Of a DNA stretch of 64,000 nt, positions 13,019 through 26,304 are shown piece after piece. Origin of the DNA: Torpedo marmorata (lineage: Eukaryota); NCBI GenBank assembly GCA_977017645.1, contig OZ360224.1, positions 30,628,001 to 30,692,000 of the forward strand, read 5' to 3'. The translations under genes and the position numbers were made by a program. The notes below the pieces were generated by a model. The model searched no databases and was not told the DNA's origin. It saw only the letters and a program-made list of their open reading frames with translations. Every line of letters starts with the position of its first letter. The stretch's first letter is position 1.

Positions 13019-15360
13019 CCGTCTTGTAGTGAGATTCAGGGTTGATCTTGTAAAAGATCACTTCCCTGCGTAAACCCCACACCTTTAATTTCTTTAACAC
13101 TCCAATCTATCCCGTGTATATTCAGTGATTGAGCCTCCGTAGCCCTCTTCATTAATGAACTCCAAAGTTTCATTACCCTCTGCGTGAAGAAATTTCACCT
13201 CATCTCAGTCCTGAACATCAGTTTACATGGTGGGTCTCTGCCAATTACACACATTCAATTGTATTTACCACACTGCATCAGATTTTCAAGCACAGGTACA
13301 TTAACCCATTGTTAATGACCTGAAGCTGCATTGATAAGAGGTCATTCCAAAACCCCAGTGTCTCTTGCATATTGATGCTACACTTAATTCACCTTAAAAG
13401 AGTAAAAATTCAGTCAATTGATCCACCATTTGTATAGGCCCATGACCAATTGAAACCACTTACTGGTCTGATTACTTTCAGCTGGTGTAATATTTGAACT
13501 CAATTTAAATTCAAATTAGTTTACTTCAGTAATCTTATGGCCCTTGACCTGTCAATAATTGCATGAATATCGTTAATGAATGCAACAACAATCAGTATTT
13601 ATCTGGTATTGTCAATATAATAAGCTATCTCAAGGCACTTCACTGATTTGATACATAAAAATCTTGACTAAAGAGATGGATTTCATGGGAACCCATAAAG
13701 TAGAAAGACAAGAGAGGTTTGAAGCAACTCACAGTTTAGATGCAAAACAACTAAAAACTGGATGGCGAAGGGTGCAGCCATGAAAATTGGTGAAATGCAA
13801 ATGTGTAGTACGGGGAGAGCAGATACCTTGAAAAGTTGGTGGGGAAGGAGGAGTTGCAGAGAAAGAGTGGAATATTGATTTCATTGACGGAGGCCTTCAC
13901 ACTTTGGGCTCTCGTAAAATTTGGGGGATGTCCTTCTTTGTTGCAGCAATAATGAATTACAAAAGATTTTTCTGTTTTCGTGTCGGAGCGCTGCAATGGA
14001 TAATTTCCTCCACCTCAGCTGTAAAACCAATACAGCCTGTCCTCTGAAAGTTCCATTTTACAACTCATTTAGATGCTATGACAGGGATTTGAACTGCCAC
14101 ATGATGGAAAGTCCTGACGTAGAGTTCGGGACAAGCAAACAGGAATGCCTTCACCACCTGATGAGACAAATCTCCCCAAAGTTTTATTCCCTTCTATAGT
14201 TTGCTGAGTAAAAATTTGGATGATATTTGGCAGTTATGCGTCAATTTAGTTAGTGTCAGACACCAAGTGAGAAGAGAATATTTAGCTTTCCGAAGATCAG
14301 TGATCAAATGCAATACACTAAAGAGCTGAAGAAACTCAGCAGGTCATGCAGCATCCATAGGAAGTAAAAGGTGACCAATGTTTCGGGTCTGAGCTCTTCA
14401 TCAAGTCATGCAGCATCCACAGGAAGTAAAAGGTAACCACATTTTGAACCTGAGCCCTTTGTTTAACATGGTCTTGTTTATCTTTCAATAATCAAATGGT
14501 ATTTTACAAAAATCTAGAAGTTTCATACAGATACCAGCTTTTTGCACTTGAATTTCCATCACTAATATGTCAATGAGAAATTAGCAATTTCAATGGATTT
14601 ATCCTTGCAGTACTCCCGAGATAGCTCTGAAAGTATGGGAAGAGAAGCCATTCCTGGTATTTCTCTGCCATGATAAGAAAATAAAAATGTACTTAGGTTA
14701 GAACGATCCCACCCAGCTGAAGGAAGATGTTCTTTCAAAGGCCTCAACTGAGCAGTGGAGGATGAGAAAGAATAGTTTTAACATTCAGAGTCACTTGGGA
14801 TACTATTTTCAACTTCTTCTAGAGCTGTTTTAAGGCAACAACTTATTTGGAGTTGTAGGAAAGACAGGCATGGATTTGGGAGACAACAACAAAGTGAGGT
14901 TGGAAATTACAGTGAAAATAGTGTTGGTATAAAGGGAGAAAGGACAGAAATTAGATACAAGATCAAGTGTAGCTAAGGAAAACCCAATTTTGGCTTCGTG
15001 GGCTAATGGGAGGGAAGCAATGAAAATATATTTTTTCCTGATGAAGGGTTTTGGCCCATCTATTGGCTTCCATGGATGCTGCCTGACACATTGAGTTCCT
15101 CCAGCCTTTTGTGTGTTGAAAAGATATTCTCCTTTTTTTGACAAAAATCACACATTAACATCTTGCACTTGTTGTTGGAAGTGTGTGGGAAAAGGAGTGT
15201 AAAGGGATGAAGAAATAGTTTGTAATGGCGTAGTGATGCCAGAAGTTGGTTTTATTCAGCAGATCATGGAAAGCATCTCTCCATGGATTCTGCCTAACCC
15301 ACCGAGTCCCTCCAGCTTCTCTTTGCTCAAACAATAGCAGGAGTAAACCACGAGGCTTCA

Positions 15361-16400
15361 CAAACCTGCCCCTTAATTCAACCTGATCATCAATGATTTA
15401 TGCTCGATTCCTCTTCTGTGCCAGTTCCCGGAATTCCTTGATCTACCAAATATTTATCGATCTCTACCTTAAATACATTTAATTATTTGACCTCCACCAC
15501 CCTCTGGGGCAGAGAATTCTAGAAATTCACGACCCACAGAGATGAAAGTTCCATGAGGTTCAGTTTCATAAATTCAACCCCTTATTTTGTAATTCATCCC
15601 TTTGTTTGTGGTTCTCCCATTTGTGAAAACATCTCAGCATCTCCCCTGTCATGCTCCCTGAGGGCCTCATAGGTTTGAATAATTTAATTTTTAAAATTTA
15701 ATTTTAATTTAATTTAGGCATACAGCATGGTAGTAACAGGCCCTTCCGGCCCTTGAGCTCGTGCTGCCCAAATACTCCAAATTTACCTACAACCCCCGTA
15801 CGTTTTGAAGGGTCGAAGGAAACCGGAGCACCCGGAGGAAACCAACACAGACACGGGGAGAACATACAAATTCCTCACAGATAGCACCGGATTCTAAACC
15901 AGGTCGATGGCGCTGAAATAGCGTTGCGCTAACCACTATGCTAACTGTGTCTCTCTAAATAAGGTCACCCTCATACGACTAAACTTCAAGGAATGTAGAC
16001 CCAAATTGTCCACCTCTTGATGGGATAACCATCTGATCCAGGAATTAGCCTGGTGAATCTTCTTTGGACTGCGTCGATGTTAGATGTTACTATATCTTTT
16101 TTTTAAGGTAAGGGGACCAAAGCTACGTACAGTATTCCGTGTGGTCTCACCAACACCCTGCACATTAGCAACATCTCCCTATTTTTAACCTTCACAATAA
16201 AGTTCACAATGCTGTTTGCCTTTCTTGTGGGCCAGTCTGATAACTTTGTGTGATTCATGCACTACAACACCTTGATCTTTCTGAACATTTAGTCTCTCTC
16301 CATTTAGATATTAATCCAAATTTTGAATCCTGTTTCACAAGTGCATGACCTCACACTTCCCCACATTAAACTCCATTTGCCAAGCTTTTGCTCAATCAGT
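15361..16400 (-). mobile_element. Old CR1 3' fragment interrupted by a V-SINE
   Basis: Degenerate similarity to the 3' part of the CR1 at 9919-13018; ends approximate. Confidence 0.7.
15700..15950 (-). mobile_element. tRNA-derived V-SINE (HE1-like)
   Basis: V-domain-like core TTCTCCCCGTGTCTGTGTTGGTTTCCTCCGGGTGCTCCGGTTTCC on - strand; CR1-like 3' end; AT-rich tail. Confidence 0.85.
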
Positions 16401-16519
16401 CAATCTATATCCAATTTAAAACAATGTCCTCATCACCTATCCAGTTTGATCCATATAACTTAAATCTCCATGTATTTTATTTTGTGGGTGGAATCATATT
16501 CTCATAATAAAGAAAATAA

Positions 16520-17225
16520 AGTTAATGCACTTTGGAAGGTTGAACTGGAATGCAGAGTAAGTGGTTAATGGAAGGATTATTAGCAGTGAGGAGGAACAGA
16601 GGGATGCTGGGGTCCAAGTCCATAGATCACTGGAGGTTGCCGCACAAGTTGATAGGGTGGTTAAGAAAGCGTATGGTGTGCTGGCCGTGAGGTAATGTTG
16701 CAGCTCCAAAGAACTCTGGTTAGACCACACTTAGAGTAGTGTGTTCAGTTCTGGTTGCCTCATTATAAGGATGTGGAAGCTTTAGAGAAGGTGTAGCAGA
16801 GATTTACCAGGATGCTGTCTCGATTGGAGAGTGATGATGGATGAGAAGCGAATTAATAGAGGTGTATACAATTATGAGAGGTATAGATAGGGTGGAGAGC
16901 CAGCACCATTTTCCCAGGCTAGCAATGGTCAACACCAGAGGACATAAGCTGAGTGAGGGAAAGGTTAGGGGGAGATATCAGAGTTAAGATTTTTCCCCCC
17001 ACAGAGGAGTGATGGGTACCTGGAATACATTGCCAGGGGTGGTGGAGCAGGCTGGTACACTATGGATATTTAGAAGACTTAGATAGGCACATGAATGTAA
17101 GAAAAATAGAGGGTTATGGGCTGTAAGCTTGGTAAGAGTTAGATTCATGCTGGAATAGGTTTATATAGGTCGGCACAACATCGTATACTGAAGGGCCATA
17201 GTGCGCTGTAATGTTGTATGTTTTA
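16520..17225 (+). mobile_element. Degenerate CR1 3' fragment
   Basis: LVRPHLE..VQFW-type remnant and CR1-like 3' UTR. Confidence 0.8.
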
Positions 17226-18512
17226 TGTCTGCACTATTGTAAGGTTATACTTAATTACTTCCTCTTGTCATACTGCTTGCATTACAGTCTGGGTCTTGAA
17301 TTTCTGCTTTAAACACACTCGGGAAACTATGCCCAAAGTATGCTTGAAATTACAGTGGTTAGTTTCTTGTTCAAAATAGTGGTGCAGTTTATGTAAATGC
17401 AAGATCTTCTATGAACCAGCAAACCATACACAATAATTTAATGCAATTATTTTACTTTAGTTAAAAAGCATTAATTGAAGCGTTTGTGTGGCTATCTGGT
17501 TCTGTTTTATTAATGCAGCTGCTAATGGGTTTACAGGCAAAACTAATACTTACTGAGAATACCAGTCCCCTTGGAATAAATAATACAATTTAATATCGTT
17601 GATATGGACATAATACTTATGTATGGCTGTGCATGAAAATATGTAATTTAAAGATTTTTCCTGAACCAAAGAAATTAGCTGAATCTCACAATTCCAACAT
17701 GGCAGCATGTCAGTTCTGTAGACAGTGCGCGATCTGGGCAAATAGAATCCTGAACAGGTATAAAGGATGAACATAAATGGTTATGGGCATTAGTCATCTT
17801 TAAATCATCTCTAATATTTGCACTGGTTTCATCAATGTCACCCTTACTACATTGCTATGACTAGTTTAAGTGAGTGGAAAGGGCATTTTTAATTAAGTTG
17901 CTGGCAAGGGGTTGGTGGGGCCCCAAGGATTGAGGCTGTCATTCACACATGAGTGAAGGTGAGGAAGGGGCAGTGGGTCCTGCACCAGAATACACTTGAA
18001 ACAGAACAACTGCATTTGTGCAAAATTAGGACTCTGAGGACTAAGCGGGAAGTGCATGAAAGAGTTGTACTGTAATGTATAGATGTATATTTGAGACAAA
18101 CTTGCAAAGAATATGTGGTTATCACATATTCTGTATGTGTCATGTGCCCCTATATATCCTTTTCTTTCTTTTTCAATCTTTATATTAATCATATTATAGG
18201 TAAACAATACATGAGGAGAGTAGGAGTACATAATCAAGAAAAAATATATCACTATATGACATCATATGATATAACATATTGCATTACACCACAATTAACG
18301 AATATGTTCGCAACTCCTCAAACTGAAATCTTAAAAAAAAAGGATTTTTTTTATTATATAAAACCCCACCTAATCAAAAAAAAACAAAACAACCTATATA
18401 TCCAACTACAGTTTGAAGTTAAACTTAGTTTTTTTTATTTCCCCTCTGCTGTTTCTCCCAGGACGATTCCATCCCACATATTGGACTGTCCAGAACAAAA
18501 CCCATAACAAAC

Positions 18513-18624
18513 CTGCTAATTCATCTGGTGTCCATGCATAGTTGCGAGTAGTTTTCTCAGGATTTCCTGTGGCAGTGATCATCCTCACACTTGGACTAGA
18601 TGAGCGGCTGCTATTTCTGCTGCC
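18513..18624 (-). CDS. MAP3K7: MAP3K7 coding exon (112 nt)
   Basis: GSRNSSRSSSPSVRMITATGNPEKTTRNYAWTPDELA; atccag acceptor, gtttgt donor; phase 1 joins the next exon. Confidence 0.95.
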
Positions 18625-20640
18625 CTGGATGTGAGAAATCGGAATAAAATTTCTTATGATAATTTTGTTTGAATTAATCATATTTACTATAACATTTGAC
18701 CAGTTAAAAAATAACAATCACGATGTCAGATGATCAGTGATACCTTGACATATTGGAGCTCTTTAAAGCTAGTAGAGTTGAGTTTGAATCACTCAACAAA
18801 CAAGTTTTAGCTATTCTGAAAGGTTCAGGTAAATATAAATTCTGACCAGATTTTACCACTTTGTTCAAAAAAATCCATGAAAATAACTTTCCATCACGGG
18901 AAATTAACTTTTATTTCACAACCTTTGAGTGGTTAATTCTATGTGATAGTAACCAGTAAGTGTCACTATGATTTACAGCATGCGTTACAAAATCTAATAG
19001 AGTTGGGGCAGTGATCAGGAAATAGCAAAAGCTTGGAGTTAGAAAATGTGACAGAAGAAATATGAGAACTATTATCTTTTGATACCTGAATAAATTAAAA
19101 ACTGCTATAAACCTTTTCTGTGGATCACTTAGTATAACCAGTGACTGAGCCATACAAGCTAGGAGGGTGCCAACTTCATCATCTTGTTAAATTTATAGTT
19201 CTTCTATTGATGAACTGTGGAATAGTAGAAGGAAAGATGGAACAATTAACCTCAATATCATTGTGATAAAGAAATTTAGCCAGTTCTTTTGTTCCTGACA
19301 GCTATCCGGTGACCCCTGCTGGATGCAGATATGTTAGCAAATCTGGCTGCCAGGGTAACTGTCTGTCTATTAATTCCTTGGAATAAATGAATAGTGTCCA
19401 ATTTCACAGCAAAATATACAAAATCGTGGACTGCGATATTCAAAACATGTTGAAATCTTGCCACCTCTTTTCATTTTAATTAAATCCAACATAAAATCAG
19501 CCCCAATGAACCAGTAATTTCAATGATTTATTATTTGGACAAGAGCAACTTGTTTGTGCCTTTGAAATTAATACTTTTAAGATGGATGGGAACAAGTAAA
19601 AAATACTTATCACTTTCTCAAACACAAAATTTCCAATTTTCAACTGAGTTTACCAAGTAAAAGTACTATGAAAAAAAAGACTGCAAGTATTGCAAAAATC
19701 AGCAAATCTATATCCAACCAGTCAAAGCTTGTCATACTGTGATGCATGTTTTACATGTTATTTTTCTGGTTGATTATCATTCAAGCAGTGACCTGGAGCC
19801 CAGATGCAGAGTTTAAGTTGAATGGGGATGTAAAGAGGGGATTTAGCAGCTGCAGTTATAAAACAAAGTTTCTGTTCAATCTTCACATTTTGGGCTGGGT
19901 GTGAGGTGGGCTACAAGACATATATTTTAAGTGGTGTGCAGCAAAAAAAAAAAATTAAGAAACTTAGAATAATAAATTTGATGTCATTTAACAAGCAATC
20001 ATTGATCTTGAAGTGGTACATCAGACTTGCAATGTTCAACATTAAGAGAAAAGATTGCTCTCCACAACCTAAGTATGTAAATGTATAGAGACCATTTTAA
20101 AAGCAATGTTACCATGGGGCTCAAATGTTGCAAGGATATCATTTGATTCAGTCAATATATTTTCATTATTCACCAGTAGATTTGATAATACCGTTTCTTA
20201 AAAGTCTAAGAGTGAAGTTGCTGTCTTAGAAGAATCATCACCAGCGCACAAAAAGTAGAGAAATGGTGCAGATAGGATAAAAGGAACTCCAATGATGAAT
20301 TGATGAACTTCATTGTCATACATCCAACTCTGCTTAAAAATGTTAACTATTTTCTCTTAATGATGCACTAGTCTCCAGCTCGTGGTTTTACTGGAGTGAG
20401 AGTATGAAATCTGTAGCTTATTACTAATTTAGAGTCAATCAAGCACCTGGTGAAGTTGTCAATAATAACAAGTCAATGTTTTTCTACCATACTCCTTTTA
20501 AATACACAAAAAATCCTTCTCTATTCCATTATCCAACATTTCAAAATGTTCTTAATGGTTTAGTATAATTGCATGGTTTTAGGATTACGTTGGCCTTGGT
20601 GAAGATAATGAGATCTTTTTTCACAATCAGTAAGTCTTAC

Positions 20641-20705
20641 CTGGTTAGACTCAGTTCCAACAATTGTTAAGTCCTGAATCGACCTGCGCCTTTGTTGTTC
20701 ACTGC
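20641..20705 (-). CDS. MAP3K7: MAP3K7 coding exon (65 nt) with the RRRS phosphorylation motif
   Basis: (G)SEQQRRRSIQDLTIVGTESNQ; polyT-gctcagcag acceptor, gtaaga donor. Confidence 0.96.
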
Positions 20706-20778
20706 CTGCTGAGCAAAAAAAAAAGGCAATAATGGTCTGGGAGCAAGAGTTCAAACACAACTGCTGCTGGTGGATTTC

Positions 20779-20794
20779 AGAAAGAAAGAAAGAG

Positions 20795-20833
<39 letters not shown>
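20779..20833. repeat. (GA)n / purine microsatellite
   Basis: Seen directly; pyrimidine tract on the gene strand about 75-130 nt upstream of the acceptor. Confidence 0.95.
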
Positions 20834-20834
<1 letters not shown>

Positions 20835-21302
20835 CAGCTGCAGTGTTCTAACTAGGAGCACATAGTGTTGTCAACATAACTAAGTCTAATCTAGTGACCA
20901 CTCCTACCACACGAATAGCTACTTCAATCTCTTCGCCATTTTTTGTCACATGCTCTGAGAGACCATATGCAGGAGACTAGAGTTGATTATGGCAACTATT
21001 TAAGGGCTCTTACGTGATGATTTGCAAGAACAGGACTGCTGACATTAGTCAATAGTGCTAAACTTTGCTTCTTTACTCTGAGACTTCCTCCCAAGGCCTT
21101 CTGTCCTTGTTATATTTTCCCAGTGTAAAGGTGAGACAAAAATAATTTTGCTGTAAAATTTCTGGCAGTGTCTAACTTAAAAAAAAATCACCCAGACTGT
21201 TAATAGAATACCCCTTTAAAGACAAAAGAAGTATTTTCTCAGTATCTATTAATTTTTCTTTCGCACATTAAGTAGCTGCGATATCAAATGTAGTTTCACA
21301 TT

Positions 21303-21535
21303 AAGGTTAAAGGTTCCATTATTGTCACGTAATACTACATTTAGAATGTAACATACATGAAATTCTTTAATTTTTGTCTACCGTAAGGCAGACAGTCGCT
21401 ACTTTGTCCAGTGCCCCTCAAAGAAACCTACAGCACCTGGTGTTCCTAGGCAGTCTCCCCTCCAAGTACTGACCAGTCCTGTGCCTGCTTAGCTTCTGAG
21501 ATCAGACATTACCAGTCGTATTCAGGCTATTGGTG
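21303..21535 (-). mobile_element. 5S rRNA-derived SINE (SINE3-type): 5S head of about 105 nt plus LINE-like tail
   Basis: Minus strand 21530-21425 reads ..GTCTGATCTCAGAAGCTAAGCAGG..CTGGTCAGTACTTGGAGGGGAGACTGCCTAGGAACACCAGGTGCTGTAGG (diverged 5S); tail ends GTGACAATAATGGAACCTTTAACCTT; possible TSD CATTA. Confidence 0.88.
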
Positions 21536-23076
21536 CATTAACCTTGAGTAAGATTGTATTTGTAAATAAATTATTTCAAATAGTTCTCAGAAAACCTAAA
21601 TCTTGTATGCTAGTGTATTCACTACAACTCTTGAGCTAAAACAAAAGCCACAACTTTATTTTTACCCTGCCTGGTCAGGTAACAATGAACTGGCGAAGTG
21701 TGGTTTATGGCCAAACCAACCACAAACACTCCAGATTCTGTAGTGGTATCTGAATATCAAGCAGCTTCTCAGGGCCCAGGGTTTTAATTGGTAAACATAA
21801 ATTGACAGACAGTGCCAAATGGCTGTCAATTTGGATCACAAGAAGACTTTTTTTGGGAATTGTCAGAGTCAAGTTGAGACATGACAATCAAAGACTTAAC
21901 GTTGCTTTAAACTACGAGGGATTTCAGTCATCTTTTAAATCACTGAGTTGGAGGCTTTGAGCAAGGATATGCATTTAACTTGCCCTTGTTTCTTTTGCAC
22001 AATATTAAGGAAAATTGAATCCTGTTTTTCTTTCTGACGTGACATTTTTGACATTTCAATTATTACTACTGCCCTTTCTTCATACAGGTACTAATATAAA
22101 AAGCCAGCATGCAGTACAACAATAAAGACTGATCACCAGTGATAGCCAACTTACAACTAAGCCAATAACACTTACCAGTACAATAAACTGCTCGTGTAAT
22201 AAACGCAGCAAATTAAGGTCAGGTTTAGGATTCATATCACACAAAATACACTGTACTCACTTCTGCACCTTGATAGATATTAAATTGTTTCTTGCAATGC
22301 AATGAGATTGATTAAAATTGACAAACTGCGGTCAGTGGCAAACAAACAGGGCAAATCCCTTGCAAATGCCTGAGATTTTCAATGAGTCTCTCAATCAAAA
22401 CTCCATTTCACTGCAGAACTCTGAACAGGAAGTTTTGGGCCTCTAAAAAAGAGCAAACAACAGTGGCTCTGAAACTAAATTAGTGAATTCTTGAGATTCA
22501 CAGGCCTTGCAATTGAATTTTACCGTTTTTTGGTCCAATAAACCACTGTGGCAATTTGCATTGATGCTACTTCCGAGATCTCTCCAAAAAAAAAATTAGC
22601 CAAAGCAAAAAGTTTGATAGAGCATTCGGGTGGTTTACATCCAGAAAGAAAACATGCTAAACCAGAAATGACATGGTTCTCAATGGGATTACATTCAGTG
22701 CAGTGCAGCTGCTGACACTTTGCTGCAAGACTGTGCCAGAGGGACATCAGGCCTTAAAGACAGGCAGCCAGACAGCAACAACACACAAAGCCACATGCAG
22801 AGGATAATTAGGACAACAGTAAATTGAGTGGAAAAGCAAATTCTGGAGAGGATGCAAAGTCTGCAGAGATATAGATGTGTTAAATGAGTCGGCAAGTGTC
22901 TGGCAGATGGAGGTCAACATTGGTAAATGTGAGGTCATCCATCTCAGAAGGGAAAATTGTAAATCAGACGATTATTTAAATGGTAACAAAATGTAGCATG
23001 GTCTGGTGCAGCAGACAATTGAATTTAAGAGCAGGATGTTCTGTTGCCAATGTACCAGCACTGGTGAGGCTGCACC

Positions 23077-23640
23077 TCAAGATTCCTTTATTGTCATGTC
23101 ATAAAACAGATGTAATATTACACAAAATTTGCTTTGGTCTACCATAAGGCACACCGATTTGCTATCAGCAGAAATTGCTGGGCACCTCTTACACCTCCCG
23201 CAGCCTCCACAGCCACAGACTCCAGTCCAAACCATCAGCAACCCGAGCTCCAGATCCAAATCTCCGAGACGATCAGGAAGCCTTCAGCGCCCTCAGCACC
23301 TTCTCGCATCCCGGTTCCGATACCTGGTACCCCTTCAGCCAGTCTCCAGCAGTCCGCAGCCTGGTGCGAGTCCTTTGACCGCAGTCGCCAGCAACCCACA
23401 GCCTGCATGGGTTCCTCACCTCGAGTCGCCAAAAGTCCGCCACGTGTGTTCTTCAGCCACAAAGCCCGCACTGGTCCGCCGCCGTGGTCACTGTCTCCTC
23501 TGCTTCTCCTCAAACGGGATGGTGATCTCCCCTTTTTTTGCTGCCCTGCGCCAGTCCTCTTCTTCCTCAGAGTCTGCAAACCTTCAAGGCTGCTGCTGAA
23601 TATAGGCGCTGCCATCTTGGGCCTAGACTCCGCGGTCTCA
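23077..23640 (-). mobile_element. GC-rich non-autonomous retroposon (same family as 48017-48835)
   Basis: Extensive similarity to 48017-48660; 3' end GACAATAAAGGAATCTTGA; inserted inside a CR1 remnant. Confidence 0.85.
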
Positions 23641-23794
23641 GGCTGGATTACAGTATGCATTCTGGTCCCCTGACTTGAGAAGGGATATATACACTTTGGA
23701 GGGAGTGCAGAGGTGGTTCATCAAGTACAGTCCAGAAGTTAAGAGGTTAGCTTTTAAGAAAGATTGAGTGGCCTAGGACTATACTCATTGGAGT

Positions 23795-24470
23795 TAAAGT
23801 TCAAGATTCTGTTTATTGTTGTGAAAACAAAATGTTTCCCTTTGTTTCCCGTGTAAAGGCACTCAAAAAGCTGCCATCAATATATCGCCACTATGTAGAC
23901 AAGCAAGAAAATCAAAAGAGAGTCCCTTCAGAGGCATTGAGTGTCTGTGGATACCACCTCCTCTCCTATGCTTTCTGCCCTTCCATAGCCTTACAGTCTC
24001 CTGTCCTGTCCAGCGGCGAACCAGAGTTTGAGGCATCAAAGTCACCATCTTGGCCCCGGTTCTGAACCCTTGAAGCAATTAAGGAGTTGTCAGTGCCCGA
24101 GGGCCTTCAGGAGCCCTGCTTGCCATCACCACCCTCAAATCAACGTCTCAATACCTGGTTCCCACAAGCCGGAAGCCCACATCCACGTCTTGGTATGAGG
24201 CCTTTGTCTGCCAAGTCCCGTGCTGGTCTGCTGTGTTTTCTACCCTGTAGGGTCCTCTACTTGTCTTCTCCTTCTCATCAATGGTGAGGGGGGAGGGGGG
24301 GGAGGGAAATGTTCTCCTCCCCTGCTGCCCTGCACTGCCAATCTTGTCTACAGGCAGTTTAAACATGCCCAGGGGTGTCGGGTGGGACAGATGGTCAGTA
24401 GGACCCAGCGGAGGGGTGCTGGAAGACCATGACTCCGCTCTCCTGATCTCCCTGGATCCCCACTAGTGGC
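23795..24470 (-). mobile_element. More diverged GC-rich non-autonomous retroposon
   Basis: Tail ACAATAAACAGAATCTTGAACTT and AAAAGAGAGTCCC motif shared with 48017-48835. Confidence 0.6.
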
Positions 24471-25880
24471 GTTGAGGGGATGAAAGGAATAGCTACGATA
24501 AAAACTGGGAGGTTGTTTCCATTGGCTTGGCAGGTGGGGCTAAAACCAGGGGACGTAATCTCAGAATTCAGGGGAGTAGATTTACGATAGAGATGAGGTG
24601 GAACTGCTTGTCCCAGAGAGCAGTGAATCCGTAAAATTCTCTGCCCAATGAAGTATCAGATGCAGTTAAAAACAAATTGAGAGATTTTTGAAGAATAGTG
24701 GGATTAAGAGTCATGTGAAAGGGAGTGAGGGTAAGTGGACTCTGCATGACTTTCTATCCCGTAGGCCACAATCAGTGAGGTCCAGTGACAACACCTCCTC
24801 CACGATCATCCTCAATACTGGAGCACCACACAAAATATATTATTCACATGATTTTAAAAGGTATTTTTCCCCATCATTAATGGGTTTCTTGGAAATTATA
24901 CATTTTTTTGACATTCATACATATCATCTTTCAACTGTTGCCAGGATTTGAGGAAAGGACATCCAAAGATCATGACAGATAATATTCCCATATGGTAATT
25001 TTTTAAAGCAGAAATTAACTATATTTTCTCCACTGAATCTGGTTTAAAATTATACATGCAGAATTTCTAAATGCAAAAGCACTTCCCTGAGCTCCACCAG
25101 AACCAAGTGCTTTCAGGATAGCACTTGAGAATATTTTGGGAGTTAAAACTCTAAAATGATTGGTTATGACGAGGTGGCAATGTTATTTTGGTTCTTATTA
25201 CAAATATATGCACTGACATTTAAAAAGCTAATGATATTTTAACATTGCTAACTTGGTTATAAGGATAACTGAAAGAATATAAAATACATAAAATGGATAT
25301 TTGAAGATGCTTCACTCTAATCTTTATGGGTGAAATTTTCAATAACCATCAGGAATTGTATCTTTCAGATTAAGAGCAACTTCAAACTAATAGCATTACA
25401 TTTTTTTTCCAGATTTAGAAAACGGTCCTATTCCCTCATAAACAGCACCACTATAAAAACAAAAAGACTCTACTAATATAGGCCCAGTGGGTGGTGGATG
25501 AGGGAACTCTCACGACTTTAAAAAAATATCTAGACAAGAACGTGAATTGATGAGGCAAGGAAGACTGGGGTCAAGTACTGGTAAATGGTATTAGTGTAGA
25601 TAAATACCTGATGGTCAGCATGGACAAGATGGGCCAAATGGCATGTCTGTGCATGAGAGGAATCACCTGCTGGTAAAAATAAATGAATCTCATGCTGGCA
25701 AAAGATGATGCACTTGCTCTGTTTTAACTGTACTTTTCTCTATACCCTGTACAATTTAACTTATTATAACACTACTCCTTGAACTGTTGTCTCATTTATT
25801 TATTTGATATTATTGCAATATCCATGCTGTACGAGTTGACTTGCCTTGATAGCATGCAAAACATAACATTTGACTGTTTC

Positions 25881-26304
25881 TTAGCAGGAAAGAAAGTGTA
25901 CTTCAATATAGAGGTTCATGTTTTCAAGCACATGTATCTTCTGCCTGATGGAAGGAGGACTGTGGTGGGATAGGTCCTTTATTATGTTGGCTGCTTTCCC
26001 AAGACAGCAGGAGGTATCGATGGAATCAACAGAGGGCAGGTTGGATATATGGCGGTCTGAGCTGCTTTCACAACTCTCTACAGTTTCTTGAAGTCTTGGA
26101 CAGAGCAAGCAGTTCCTGTACCAAACATCTGGACAGATAATGTACTATGGTGTTCCTGTAAAAAAATTTTAAGGGGTAAAAGACTTCGGGGGCATGCCAC
26201 ATTTCCTCAGGCTTCTGAGACTGTAGAACCTTGGTGTGCCTTCATAGTTGTAACATCAATCTGGTTGGACCAGGACGGCTGTGGGTGATATATACTCCGA
26301 AGAA
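25881..26304 (-). mobile_element. Old Rex1/Babar-like LINE fragment
   Basis: LPSVDSIDTSCCLGKAANIIKD remnant, homologous to the C-terminus of the adjacent RT. Confidence 0.7.

Larger units (their letters stand above)
22840..24725 (+). mobile_element. Old CR1 3' fragment split by two younger insertions
   Basis: CR1 RT C-terminal remnants at about 22840-23076, 23641-23794 and 24470-24725 read continuously once the inserts are removed. Confidence 0.75.

Noticed and set aside
13019-13100. First ~27 residues of the 1030-aa ORF
   Set aside because: They come from flanking older repeat sequence beyond the CR1 truncation point and have a non-ATG start
21425-21530. Functional 5S rRNA gene
   Set aside because: 5' end diverged or missing, many substitutions, fused to a retroposon tail, not in a tandem array
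23129-23673. Overlapping 140-180 aa ORFs in GC-rich repeats (also 29069-30083 and 48030-48897)
   Set aside because: Expected in GC-rich, stop-poor repeats; no domains, and frames are not conserved between copies
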